The notes below the pieces were generated by a model. The model was not told where the DNA came from, searched no databases, and saw only the letters and a list, made by a program, of their open reading frames with translations. DNA of 20,000 nt from an uncultured virus (IMG/VR IMGVR_UViG_3300017814_000173) (lineage: Duplodnaviria > Heunggongvirae > Uroviricota > Caudoviricetes), in the IMG/VR virus record IMGVR_UViG_3300017814_000173; one strand, given 5' to 3'. Position 1 is the first letter of the stretch; every line of letters starts with the position of its first letter. The translations under genes were made by a program, and so were the position numbers. This document shows, in pieces, positions 6,038 through 14,210 of this stretch.

Positions 6038-7927
6038 TTAGTTTTCCCTTTTTTTGTGAGTTATCAGGTTTTCAATCATTTCAATTCTTCGGCCGATCCA
6101 GCGCATGACATTGACGCCTATCGAATTGCCGCAAGCTTTATAGCGGGGTGAATCTGGGGTGAATGCCAACACGGCGGCAGCTTCCGCCGTGAAGCCGTGC
6201 GAAAGCAGATAGCGAAAGTTCTGTGACCATTCCGGCTTTTGCAGTTGCTTGGGCAGATCAATCTTTTTGGGCACGCGCCATGGAATGAGGGTGTGAAAAT
6301 CGGGAAAACCCATTAATCTCTCACATTCGAGCGGAGTCAACCGGCGTACCACTGTATCCAGAACCATGCCTTTATCCGAACCGCCTTGACCATTGCGCAA
6401 CGCGTTGGCAACTTCGCCGCCCAGCTCCGGCACGTTGTCGCCATCGCGGCCGCGCATCGCCAACGCGACTACCGGCATTTTTTTGCAATCGTGACCGGTC
6501 GAAAGTGTCTGTCCGACTTCGCCGGATGTACAACCGTTGCGGAGATCGTAAGCAATGATCGGCGTTCCGCGTCCGGTGCCGTCTTCCGAACCGTCGAACG
6601 CTTCGCCTTTCAACGTTTGCGCCACGGCACCGGCGATGCCGACCACGGTCGACGCTTCCCGGCCGTTCGTCTTCACCGTGCCGGAAACATTTTCATCCCG
6701 CCAGAATCCCGGACCGGATTCATAGCAGATAATATTACTCGGTCGACTTGGACGATTTTTTCCTTCTGCCCGAATTGTGCCGGATATTTCATCCTGATTC
6801 CAGAATCCTTGGCCGGTTTCCACTCCGATCAGAACCGCCGGTTCGGCGCAACGCGACGCCTTGAGCGTATCGGTGACATGTTCGTCGACGTTCATGGTCT
6901 GCCGGGATGACTTGTTCCAGCCGAACGACATCACCACCGGAGCTTCATGGTCGCAATTCAGCGTGAGGGAAAATCCGGAATTAACCTCGGAATTCCCCTG
7001 TCCGGTGGACATAATCAGCGGGAAAAAATCGCCAACGCGTTCCATGGCGTCGGACATCAGCGCCGGACTGGTGATGCCGTTCCCATACCCGCGACCATCA
7101 TAACCCAATGCGAGATTTTGCCGGTGCATCTCCTCGCCGGCGTCTACCGTTCCGGCAACCTCGGAGTGGTCATAACCGCCGAGAAAATTGCGAGACATGG
7201 TCAGTGTGTTCAGCGGTCCGGCGGCGCCGACAAAAGTTTGCTGCTGCTCTTTCCCGCTTGCGCCTCCAGTGCTCGCCGTAACGCTTCTGGCAACTCCCGT
7301 CCCCGCCTGGCGGCACGGCGCAGGATCCCCGCGCAGGCCGCAGATGTCAAATAATACCGCTGCGGCAGATCTCCGGTCTCCAAGATATCCGACAACGAAC
7401 ACACGCCGGCGTCGTTGAGGGACAGCCCGGCCAAACCCGTCCACTCGCACATACTGAACGTCCAGGACTCGCCACGCCAGACCGTACCCGCACTCCGCAA
7501 GCCCTGCGGTAAACTGGTCGAAATCGTTTGTGGCTTCCCATTCTTCCGCTTCATCTTCCGGTTCGCCCGACCAGCTGGAAAAGACGCCGGGAACGTTTTC
7601 CCAGACGATCCAGCGAGGCCGGATCGATTTAACCAGTCCGATAAAGTTTCTTGCGAGTCCGGAGCGCTGGTCAGCGAGTCCGCCGCGTTTCCCGGCGAGG
7701 CTGAATCCTTGGCAGGGGGTTCCTCCAACGAGAAGGTCAATTGATCCACGATAATCGTCTCCGTTAATTTTAGTCATATCTCCCAAATTCGGCACTTTGG
7801 GCCAGCGATAGGCCAGCACCGCGCACGGAAACGGCTCGATCTCGCTGAACCATGCCGGTTGCCAGCCCAGCGGTTCCCAGGCCAGCGTGGCGGCTTCCAC
7901 GCCGCTGCATAACGATCCGTATCTCAT
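6038..7927 (-). CDS. dcm: DNA (cytosine-5)-methyltransferase, phage type, with long repetitive variable region
   Basis: Motif I SLCSGVEA, IV GGTPCQGFS, VI WENVPG, VIII QRRRRVF, IX RRLTPLECERLMGFPD, X YKACGNS. Confidence 0.97.
   Translation of the reverse strand: MRYGSLCSGVEAATLAWEPLGWQPAWFSEIEPFPCAVLAYRWPKVPNLGDMTKINGDDYRGSIDLLVGGTPCQGFSLAGKRGGLADQRSGLARNFIGLVKSIRPRWIVWENVPGVFSSWSGEPEDEAEEWEATNDFDQFTAGLAECGYGLAWRVLDVQYVRVDGFGRAVPQRRRRVFVVGYLGDRRSAAAVLFDICGLRGDPAPCRQAGTGVARSVTASTGGASGKEQQQTFVGAAGPLNTLTMSRNFLGGYDHSEVAGTVDAGEEMHRQNLALGYDGRGYGNGITSPALMSDAMERVGDFFPLIMSTGQGNSEVNSGFSLTLNCDHEAPVVMSFGWNKSSRQTMNVDEHVTDTLKASRCAEPAVLIGVETGQGFWNQDEISGTIRAEGKNRPSRPSNIICYESGPGFWRDENVSGTVKTNGREASTVVGIAGAVAQTLKGEAFDGSEDGTGRGTPIIAYDLRNGCTSGEVGQTLSTGHDCKKMPVVALAMRGRDGDNVPELGGEVANALRNGQGGSDKGMVLDTVVRRLTPLECERLMGFPDFHTLIPWRVPKKIDLPKQLQKPEWSQNFRYLLSHGFTAEAAAVLAFTPDSPRYKACGNSIGVNVMRWIGRRIEMIENLITHKKREN
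7210..7749 (-). CDS. Nested +1-frame gene inside the C5 methyltransferase (putative second subunit)
   Basis: GTG start preceded by GGAGA SD (ACGGAGACGATTATC-GTG); 179 aa; C-terminal SLSDILETGDLPQRYYLTSAACAGILRRAARRGRELPEALRRAL looks like a real conserved domain. Confidence 0.7.
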   Translation of the reverse strand: MDQLTFSLEEPPAKDSASPGNAADSLTSAPDSQETLSDWLNRSGLAGSSGKTFPASFPAGRANRKMKRKNGKPQTISTSLPQGLRSAGTVWRGESWTFSMCEWTGLAGLSLNDAGVCSLSDILETGDLPQRYYLTSAACAGILRRAARRGRELPEALRRALEAQAGKSSSKLLSAPPDR

Positions 7928-7975
7928 ATTACTTTCCTTTCTTCACACCTTGCAAATCAATCAATTCAAATGCAT

Positions 7976-10471
7976 TCAATACTGCGTCACATCGAACAGC
8001 GTCGGCACCGTGCGCTCGTCTTCCGCATCCTGCAGATAGCGCACGCCTTCGTCGAACGAGATCGGATCGAGTTCGAAGCCGATTCCCGATCGCCCCAGCT
8101 TGACCGCCATGTAGGGCACGGTCATCAACCCGCCGAACGGGTCCAGCACCGTTTCTCCCGGGTTGGTGTAACGGGTGATGATCCGCTCCGGAATATCGAA
8201 CGGCAGCGGACAGATATGCTGCTGGCGGTTGTGTTGGCTCTGCAGCGTGTTCAGCGTCCGGCACCTGGTCACGTCGGTCCAGACGTCCGGATGCAAACTT
8301 TCCGGCGTCAGCATCGCAAACTTCTTCGAAATCCGGTCCGCCTGTTCCAGCCGGTCGCCGATCGCCACATGGTCGTGGTAGTCGTAGACCGTCGATCTGG
8401 AATAGGCTTTGAACTGTTCCTGCACCGAGCTCATGTCCAGTCCCTGCAATTCGTCCGCCGTCGGAAAACGGTTTCCGCTGGACCGCCAGTAACCGGCGGC
8501 GTCGATCTGCCACCGCGCCAGACTGTAATCCGCCGCGTCGCGGATCACCGGAACGTCGGCATAGGAGCGGCCGGTGTCGGTCGGCAGCTTACGGAACAGC
8601 AGCACGTATTCCGGCAGGCCGACGCCCATCTTGGTCCCGTCTTTCCGCATCTCGGAATAACCCAGCCGGTAAGTCTGGTTGTTTTCGCGGACCACGTCGG
8701 TCACGATGGTGATGCGGCCGCAATAGATGAAGCCGTGTTTGCAGAACGCCGCCCGGGTGTCGTCGCTGAACGGGTACAGACTGGCCATGCCCAGACCGGA
8801 AAAATTGCCGGGGACGATCCGATCCTTGACGTGCACCGCGCAGATCCGGCCCGGCATCAACACCCGCAGCAGCTCCGGAATCAAAAAATCCAGCTGCCGG
8901 AAAAAATCCGCGTTGGTCAGATTGTGGCCGAAATCGAAATAGCTGTTGCTGTACTCATATTGAATACTGAACGGAAACGACGAGCAGATCAGGTGCACGG
9001 AATTTTCCGGCAATGCCGCCGTTTCCACCACGCAATCATGGTTGACCGCCCGGAAAAACTGGCCTTTGACTTCGCGGCGCTGAAGCTGCAACGACCGGCC
9101 GCTGCGGATTGTGTCGGCATTGGATAAGCCGTATTGTTTAATCAACGCGCTCATCTTCTCCTGCAACGCGTCATACTTGCGCCACTTTTCCTTGAAGCGC
9201 GAGACGATCTCGCTTTCGCTTTCCGCATAGATGAAATAGATGTTGACTTCCCGCGTCTGCAGATAGCGGTAAATCCGGTGCACCGCCTGAATCGCGTCGC
9301 GGAATTTGAAACCGACGCCGAGAAAGATCGCCGTTGCGCAATGGCGCTGAAAATTGGTCCCGGCGCCGCTGATGCTTGGCTTGGTCGCCAGGTACTGGAA
9401 TTCACCGTCGGTGAACTGCTCCGTCAGCAGTTCCCGGGTGTCGAGATCAAGCGAGCCGTAGACTTCCCGGCAGGACGGTACCGCCTTTTTTACCGCCCGG
9501 CGCTCTTCTTCCAGATCGTGCCAGAGAATAACGTGTTCGTCGGGATGGGCTTGCAAAATCTGCTTCATCCGCGTGATGCGATCGGCCAGCGTCCAGTGTT
9601 TTTCGTGGGCGGCGTCTTCCAGACTGAGCGCGGCGTCGCGATAGAGCTTACCCTGACCGTCCCGGTCGAACCCGGCGGACCGGTGATCGACGTTGACGCA
9701 TTCCCAGTGAATTTTCAGCGGCGGCAGTTCGTAACCTTCGTCGGAATAGCCCAGTTCGGACGGCTTTTGCAGAAACAGTCCCCAGCTCCGGCACCAGAGC
9801 CAGAAATCTTTCTCCTTGCCCGGCAGCAGCGTCAGATGATCGGCCTTGCTGGAGTCGCGGCGAAAGAACCGGGTCTTGGCCTGGTTCTTATCCATCACGC
9901 CGAGAAACGCGGCATAAAAGATCAGTTCGATATAATCGTTCGGACTTGGCGTCGCGGTGGCGATGAACCGGTACGGCACCTTCTGCGCCCGGGTGATAAA
10001 CTCATGGTGGGTCTTGCTGTCGTCGGACCGCAACACGTCGCCTTCGTCCAGCGTGATCGCGGTAAACTGGTCCAGCGTGATGGCGCCGTCGCGCACCCGT
10101 TCGTAGTTGGTCAGCAGAATATCCGCGTCGGACGCCTGGATTTCCGCGTCGCAAGTCACATAAGCGGTCGTCAGGCGCAATTGCCGGTCGCCGGCGGTCC
10201 GGAACTGGGAACGCACGCCCAGCGGACACACTACTAACACTTTGCCGCCGCAATGCTGCTTGATCAGCCGCAGAATTTCCATCTGCATCAGCGTTTTGCC
10301 GAGGCCGAACCGCAGGAACAGCGCCCGGCATCCGCCGCCCACCGCCCAGATCACGCCGTCCGCCTGATGCGGTTTCAGCAGCGGATTGATTTCCGCGCGC
10401 GTCACCGCAAAGCCCCGGTCCTGCGCCAGCGTGATCTTGTTCCGGATGAATTGTTGATAATCGGCGTTCAT
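7976..10471 (-). CDS. SNF2-like helicase fused to an N4-C/N6-A DNA methyltransferase
   Basis: FGLGKT (Walker A), LDEGD, TATP, QAVHRIYR helicase motifs; C-terminal SSFPF (motif IV-like) ... HICPL ... VLDPFGGLMT (motif I), beta-class order. Confidence 0.92.
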   Translation of the reverse strand: MNADYQQFIRNKITLAQDRGFAVTRAEINPLLKPHQADGVIWAVGGGCRALFLRFGLGKTLMQMEILRLIKQHCGGKVLVVCPLGVRSQFRTAGDRQLRLTTAYVTCDAEIQASDADILLTNYERVRDGAITLDQFTAITLDEGDVLRSDDSKTHHEFITRAQKVPYRFIATATPSPNDYIELIFYAAFLGVMDKNQAKTRFFRRDSSKADHLTLLPGKEKDFWLWCRSWGLFLQKPSELGYSDEGYELPPLKIHWECVNVDHRSAGFDRDGQGKLYRDAALSLEDAAHEKHWTLADRITRMKQILQAHPDEHVILWHDLEEERRAVKKAVPSCREVYGSLDLDTRELLTEQFTDGEFQYLATKPSISGAGTNFQRHCATAIFLGVGFKFRDAIQAVHRIYRYLQTREVNIYFIYAESESEIVSRFKEKWRKYDALQEKMSALIKQYGLSNADTIRSGRSLQLQRREVKGQFFRAVNHDCVVETAALPENSVHLICSSFPFSIQYEYSNSYFDFGHNLTNADFFRQLDFLIPELLRVLMPGRICAVHVKDRIVPGNFSGLGMASLYPFSDDTRAAFCKHGFIYCGRITIVTDVVRENNQTYRLGYSEMRKDGTKMGVGLPEYVLLFRKLPTDTGRSYADVPVIRDAADYSLARWQIDAAGYWRSSGNRFPTADELQGLDMSSVQEQFKAYSRSTVYDYHDHVAIGDRLEQADRISKKFAMLTPESLHPDVWTDVTRCRTLNTLQSQHNRQQHICPLPFDIPERIITRYTNPGETVLDPFGGLMTVPYMAVKLGRSGIGFELDPISFDEGVRYLQDAEDERTVPTLFDVTQY

Positions 10472-10866
10472 GCTTTAATCTCACCTTTGTTTTCCACGTG
10501 CTGACCATCATCCGTTGCGGCGAAATGCTTCAGCGGATGATCGCCTTCACCGAACTCCAGCATACACAGATTGGCCACGTCGACCAGGTGTTCAGTGTTG
10601 CCGGATTGTCGGTAATGCTCTAACCGCCGAATCATTGATGTCACCCGGTCGTATTGCCGCTTTCGTTCCAGATTGACAAAGTTCAACCCGTAACGGAATG
10701 CGCCTATCACCAGCCGATTCCGCATCAGCCGTTCGAATTCCGGCAACCATTCCGACTGCCGCAACCGTTCCGGATTCAGACGGCGGGAATCGGTATATTC
10801 CGAACCGTCCGGCTTCATGCCGCGCGAAACAAAGAAGTGGGCGCGGATTACATCATGATCGAACAT
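10468..10866 (-). CDS. Putative all-alpha NTP pyrophosphatase (dATP/dGTP diphosphohydrolase / MazG-like)
   Basis: GAFRYG ... SMIRRLEHY ... EHLVDVANLCMLEF resembles DUF5664/MazG-like helical motifs. The gene is solid; the function is inferred. Confidence 0.55.
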   Translation of the reverse strand: MFDHDVIRAHFFVSRGMKPDGSEYTDSRRLNPERLRQSEWLPEFERLMRNRLVIGAFRYGLNFVNLERKRQYDRVTSMIRRLEHYRQSGNTEHLVDVANLCMLEFGEGDHPLKHFAATDDGQHVENKGEIKA

Positions 10867-10868
10867 GG

Positions 10869-11705
10869 TTATTCCTCCAGTAACGCCGCGTCATATTGAA
10901 TAGCGGACGGGAAGTCCGGCAGGATAACCAGCATCTTCATGATCTGCCGCATCTGCGGATGGGCTGCTTTAGACAACCGCAACTTCAAAACATCTTCCCA
11001 CTGACTGAACGTTGCGGTCATGATGATTTCCGTTTTTAGCGAGTTCGGCAAAAGCGACCGCGCTTCCTGCGGTGAGCAACCGACTTCGGTCATGCGCTTG
11101 TACCGAATGGCCGAATCATCCATTTGCGCCAGCCAATCGCAGGCCGCCGGAAAAATATCTTCCGCCCCTTGCAAATCATCGGCATCATAAATACCGACCG
11201 GAATGCTCTCTGCCCAGTCAAAACACGGTTTGATGAAAGTCATCTCGCTGGAGTAGTTGCAATACCGGGTAGATTCCTGACTGGGAGATACAACACGCGA
11301 ACGAACCAATTCATGACTGACGCCCCGATCACAGATGAAGCGTACAGTCAGATAATCATCGGCTTCATGACATTCGGCAAGTTCATCGATCGTGCCGCCA
11401 AAGAAAATGAAATCGCGGGCGTTCATTGCTACCATCGCGCCGTTGTCTTTGCACCGCGACTCAAAACCATAAGGAACGCTTTCTCCCCATGTGATATTTT
11501 CATCAACCCATTCTCGAGGAACCTGAATTCGCGCATGTTCCAGCACCGACGTATGGCCGCGCTGAATAATGCGTTCGACAAAGCCGCGTGCGCTGTCGGT
11601 GGTAATTTTGTCCTCGCTCTTGTAGCAGACCCGGCCGCACAGCTCAATTTTCTTAAGCGGATCCGGTTCGTGAATAATTTCCGCACTCGGTTCAATGATT
11701 CTCAT
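10869..11705 (-). CDS. thyX: FAD-dependent thymidylate synthase
   Basis: IELCGRVCYKS, GHTSVLEH, DRGVSHELVRSRVVSPSQESTRY, PQEARSLLPNSLKTEI, LRLSKAAHPQMR. Confidence 0.95.
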   Translation of the reverse strand: MRIIEPSAEIIHEPDPLKKIELCGRVCYKSEDKITTDSARGFVERIIQRGHTSVLEHARIQVPREWVDENITWGESVPYGFESRCKDNGAMVAMNARDFIFFGGTIDELAECHEADDYLTVRFICDRGVSHELVRSRVVSPSQESTRYCNYSSEMTFIKPCFDWAESIPVGIYDADDLQGAEDIFPAACDWLAQMDDSAIRYKRMTEVGCSPQEARSLLPNSLKTEIIMTATFSQWEDVLKLRLSKAAHPQMRQIMKMLVILPDFPSAIQYDAALLEE

Positions 11706-11730
11706 AGTTTTTGCTTTCCTTGTTGGCGAA

Positions 11731-11970
11731 TTAAAGTGCTTCGAGTTCTGCTTCGAGTTTAGCTTTATGGGCTTTTAAATTATCGATGTGATAAAGCTTT
11801 AACATCTTAGTTTCCAGATCATCGCTGAAAAAATAAAAGGACCGACTATCATCATTATCTCTGACCTCAAGATAAAATCGTTTGCAGGATTCGAGTTGTT
11901 TCAAGCGATTTTCTGTACTTGCAAGTAAATCTGCTATTTCTTTGGCCCGGTTAACATTTTCTCGTTTCAT
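11731..11970 (-). CDS. Small hypothetical protein (79 aa), AT-rich
   Basis: AAGGA SD; helical/coiled-coil character; visibly lower GC than its neighbours. Confidence 0.8.
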   Translation of the reverse strand: MKRENVNRAKEIADLLASTENRLKQLESCKRFYLEVRDNDDSRSFYFFSDDLETKMLKLYHIDNLKAHKAKLEAELEAL

Positions 11971-11988
11971 CTTTTTTTATCCTTGAGT

Positions 11989-13821
11989 TTAAAATGGAAT
12001 GTCGTTTTCACTCATATCGATATTGAAAGCACTATCATACTTTTTCAGCGGCGTCGAAGCGGAATCCTGAATATTGTTTTCCCCATGCCCCGTCCGCATG
12101 GCCGCCAGGATGCCCGAACCCCGTTTAGCCGGAACGGGATTGGCCGGAATGGAATCCAGAATCGCATCGTTCCAGCCCGGCTCCGGCGTGAATTCCGGGA
12201 TCGGCCCGAACTCGTAGCCGGTCACCCGGTCGAACTTGTCGCCGGTCACGGTCTTGACCGTAATTTTTTTGACCGGAGCCAGCGCGCCTTCCCGAATGAA
12301 CACCAGCGCGGTAATCACATCGTTCGGCACCGGCGCTTTCGACCGCTCTTTCCACCAGCGCACGAACTTGTCCCGGGCATAGCCGGTGTGCTGCGGGCAA
12401 ACCCATTCCGACTGAAACCGGTTGAACCCGATCTCATAGTCGACCTGCACGGTCGGCGGCGCGGACGGGTCGGAATATTTCTCGTGCTCGGAGAACAGCG
12501 TCTTGTAGACCGGATACTCCACGTAGCTCACCTGGCCGCTGATAATCCCGGCCGTGGTGGCCTTGCCGTCATGCGGGACCACGGTCACTTTGGGGAACTC
12601 GTAGCCGCAGTCCGGGCAGATCTGATAGCATACGTGGATCACCGAATTGCACTTCGGACACTTCTTGACCGCCGGCGGCCCCGGTTCCCGGTCGCGGTCG
12701 CCGCGATGCCGCCGCTGCTCCGCCTCCAGCATGTCCACCGGACCGTGCCGCATGATGTTGCCACCGAAGTCCAGAATCAGACAATTTTCCTTGCCCGGCG
12801 ACCGCCGGAAGCCGCGGCCCACCATCTGGTAATACAACCCCGGCGAATGGGTCGGCCGCAACAGCGCCACACAATCGACATTCGGCGCGTCGAAACCGGT
12901 GGTCAGGACATTGACGTTTAACAGATACTTGATTCCGCCGGCTTTGAACTGCTCCAAGTTCTCCGCCCGTTCCGCCGCCCCGGTTTCACCGCTCACGGTG
13001 CGGATGACCGCGCCCGGCGCTTGCGCCTGCAGCAGTTCCGCCACGTGGCGCATATGTTCGACCGAGGCGCAGAAAATCAGAATCGACCGGCGCGACGCCG
13101 TGTATTCGCCAATCTCCCCGACCGCCTGCCGGATCACCGCGTCGTTATCCATCAGCGCCGCCACCTCGGTATTGATGAATTCGCCGCCGCGAACGTGCAG
13201 GTTGCCGGTATCGACTTCGCCTTTTGCAGCTTTGGAAGCCAGCGGCGACAGGTAGCCTTTGACGATCAGCTCCTTGACGCCGATCTCATAACAGATATGA
13301 TTCAGCAGGTTGCCGTCTTCGCAGATTTCGCCGGAACTCATCCGGTACGGCGTGGCGGTCAGGCCGATCATCCGCACGTTCGGATTGACCGTCTTGGCAT
13401 CCTGCAGAAACTGCCGGTACATGCCTTCGCCGTCCGGCGGGATCAGGTGGGCCTCGTCGATGACGACCAGATCGAACTTGCCGACCTCGCAGGCGTGCCG
13501 GAAAATACTCTGAATCCCGGCGATCACCACGTCGCCGTCGGCATCCTTGCTGCCCAGCCCGGCGGAATAGATGCCGGTCCGGTTCAGCAGCTCCGGCGCC
13601 ATGACGGTCAGTTTGTCGGCCGCCTGTTCCAGCAATTCCTTGACGTGCGCCAGCAGCAGCACCCGGCCATGCCATTTCAATACGGAATCTTTGATCAGCG
13701 TGGCAATTACCGGCGTTTTGCCGCCGCCGGTGGGAATGACCACGCACGGATTGTCGGTCCGCGTCCGCAGATGTTCATAGACCGCGTTGACCGCGTCCTG
13801 CTGATAATAGCGCAATTCCAT
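11989..13821 (-). CDS. DEAD/DEAH-box SF2 helicase (RadD/YejH-like) with Zn-finger
   Basis: LRYYQ, PTGGGKT, DEAH, GLTATP, LTTGFDAP, QMVGRGFR, CPKC...CPDC. Confidence 0.95.
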   Translation of the reverse strand: MELRYYQQDAVNAVYEHLRTRTDNPCVVIPTGGGKTPVIATLIKDSVLKWHGRVLLLAHVKELLEQAADKLTVMAPELLNRTGIYSAGLGSKDADGDVVIAGIQSIFRHACEVGKFDLVVIDEAHLIPPDGEGMYRQFLQDAKTVNPNVRMIGLTATPYRMSSGEICEDGNLLNHICYEIGVKELIVKGYLSPLASKAAKGEVDTGNLHVRGGEFINTEVAALMDNDAVIRQAVGEIGEYTASRRSILIFCASVEHMRHVAELLQAQAPGAVIRTVSGETGAAERAENLEQFKAGGIKYLLNVNVLTTGFDAPNVDCVALLRPTHSPGLYYQMVGRGFRRSPGKENCLILDFGGNIMRHGPVDMLEAEQRRHRGDRDREPGPPAVKKCPKCNSVIHVCYQICPDCGYEFPKVTVVPHDGKATTAGIISGQVSYVEYPVYKTLFSEHEKYSDPSAPPTVQVDYEIGFNRFQSEWVCPQHTGYARDKFVRWWKERSKAPVPNDVITALVFIREGALAPVKKITVKTVTGDKFDRVTGYEFGPIPEFTPEPGWNDAILDSIPANPVPAKRGSGILAAMRTGHGENNIQDSASTPLKKYDSAFNIDMSENDIPF

Positions 13822-13823
13822 TT

Positions 13824-14210
13824 CTACAGTAACGTTCCTTGAGTTGGGGATTGAGTTTTGTTGTCGCGTTCGCTGATTTTAAGGTAGAGCAGCCCGGCCG
13901 GGGCCATCGGCTCCCGCATTTCCGCCTCGATCCGCTTGACCTGCACGTCATCGTCATAGGCGTTGGCGTGAGTCAAGGCATCGAGCAACGGCTTGAACAG
14001 GTTGTCCAGGTCCCGGCGCCGCCGGTCCGGCGGATAGACGTCCACCGCCAGCAGCAGCGGCCCTTGCAGTTTGGGCTGGCCGCGAATCGAGCCGGCCACC
14101 TGCTCCCGGTACCGCAGACCCTCTTTGCTGATCAGGGTCTGCGGCCCGACGCGCCGCCAGTAGTGGTTAACGCTGGGCGGATAGGGCAATTCGGCTTCGA
14201 TCCGGTTCAC
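13824..14210 (-). CDS. rusA: RusA-family Holliday junction resolvase
   Basis: LPYPPSVNHYWR...PPDRRRRDLDNLFKPLLDAL...DDVQV; GTG at 14210 overlaps the upstream stop (alternative GTG at 14222). Confidence 0.93.
   Translation of the reverse strand: MNRIEAELPYPPSVNHYWRRVGPQTLISKEGLRYREQVAGSIRGQPKLQGPLLLAVDVYPPDRRRRDLDNLFKPLLDALTHANAYDDDVQVKRIEAEMREPMAPAGLLYLKISERDNKTQSPTQGTLL

Noticed and set aside
742..8000. Clamp-binding-like motifs (QLTF in the nested ORF, PTLF, PDLF, NDLF near protein termini)
   Set aside because: Too short and degenerate relative to QL(S/D)LF to support without conservation data.
7929..8513. 194-aa same-strand alternative-frame ORF over the end of the SNF2-MTase gene (also 10002-10511, 13286-13747, 16435-16824)
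   Set aside because: Arg/Gly/Ala/Pro-rich translation typical of off-frame GC-rich DNA, with no domain-like segment, unlike 7210-7749.
742..10471. Restriction-modification or DISARM/BREX-like defence system (MTases, SNF2, HNH)
   Set aside because: No cognate restriction enzyme or other defence components; the HNH is a small generic phage type several kb away; the context is a phage early operon.
5395..10866. Possible Z-genome (2-aminoadenine) pathway suggested by HD and MazG-like genes (DatZ/MazZ analogues)
   Set aside because: No PurZ-like adenylosuccinate synthetase or phage DNA polymerase in the window, and the two genes are only loosely assigned.
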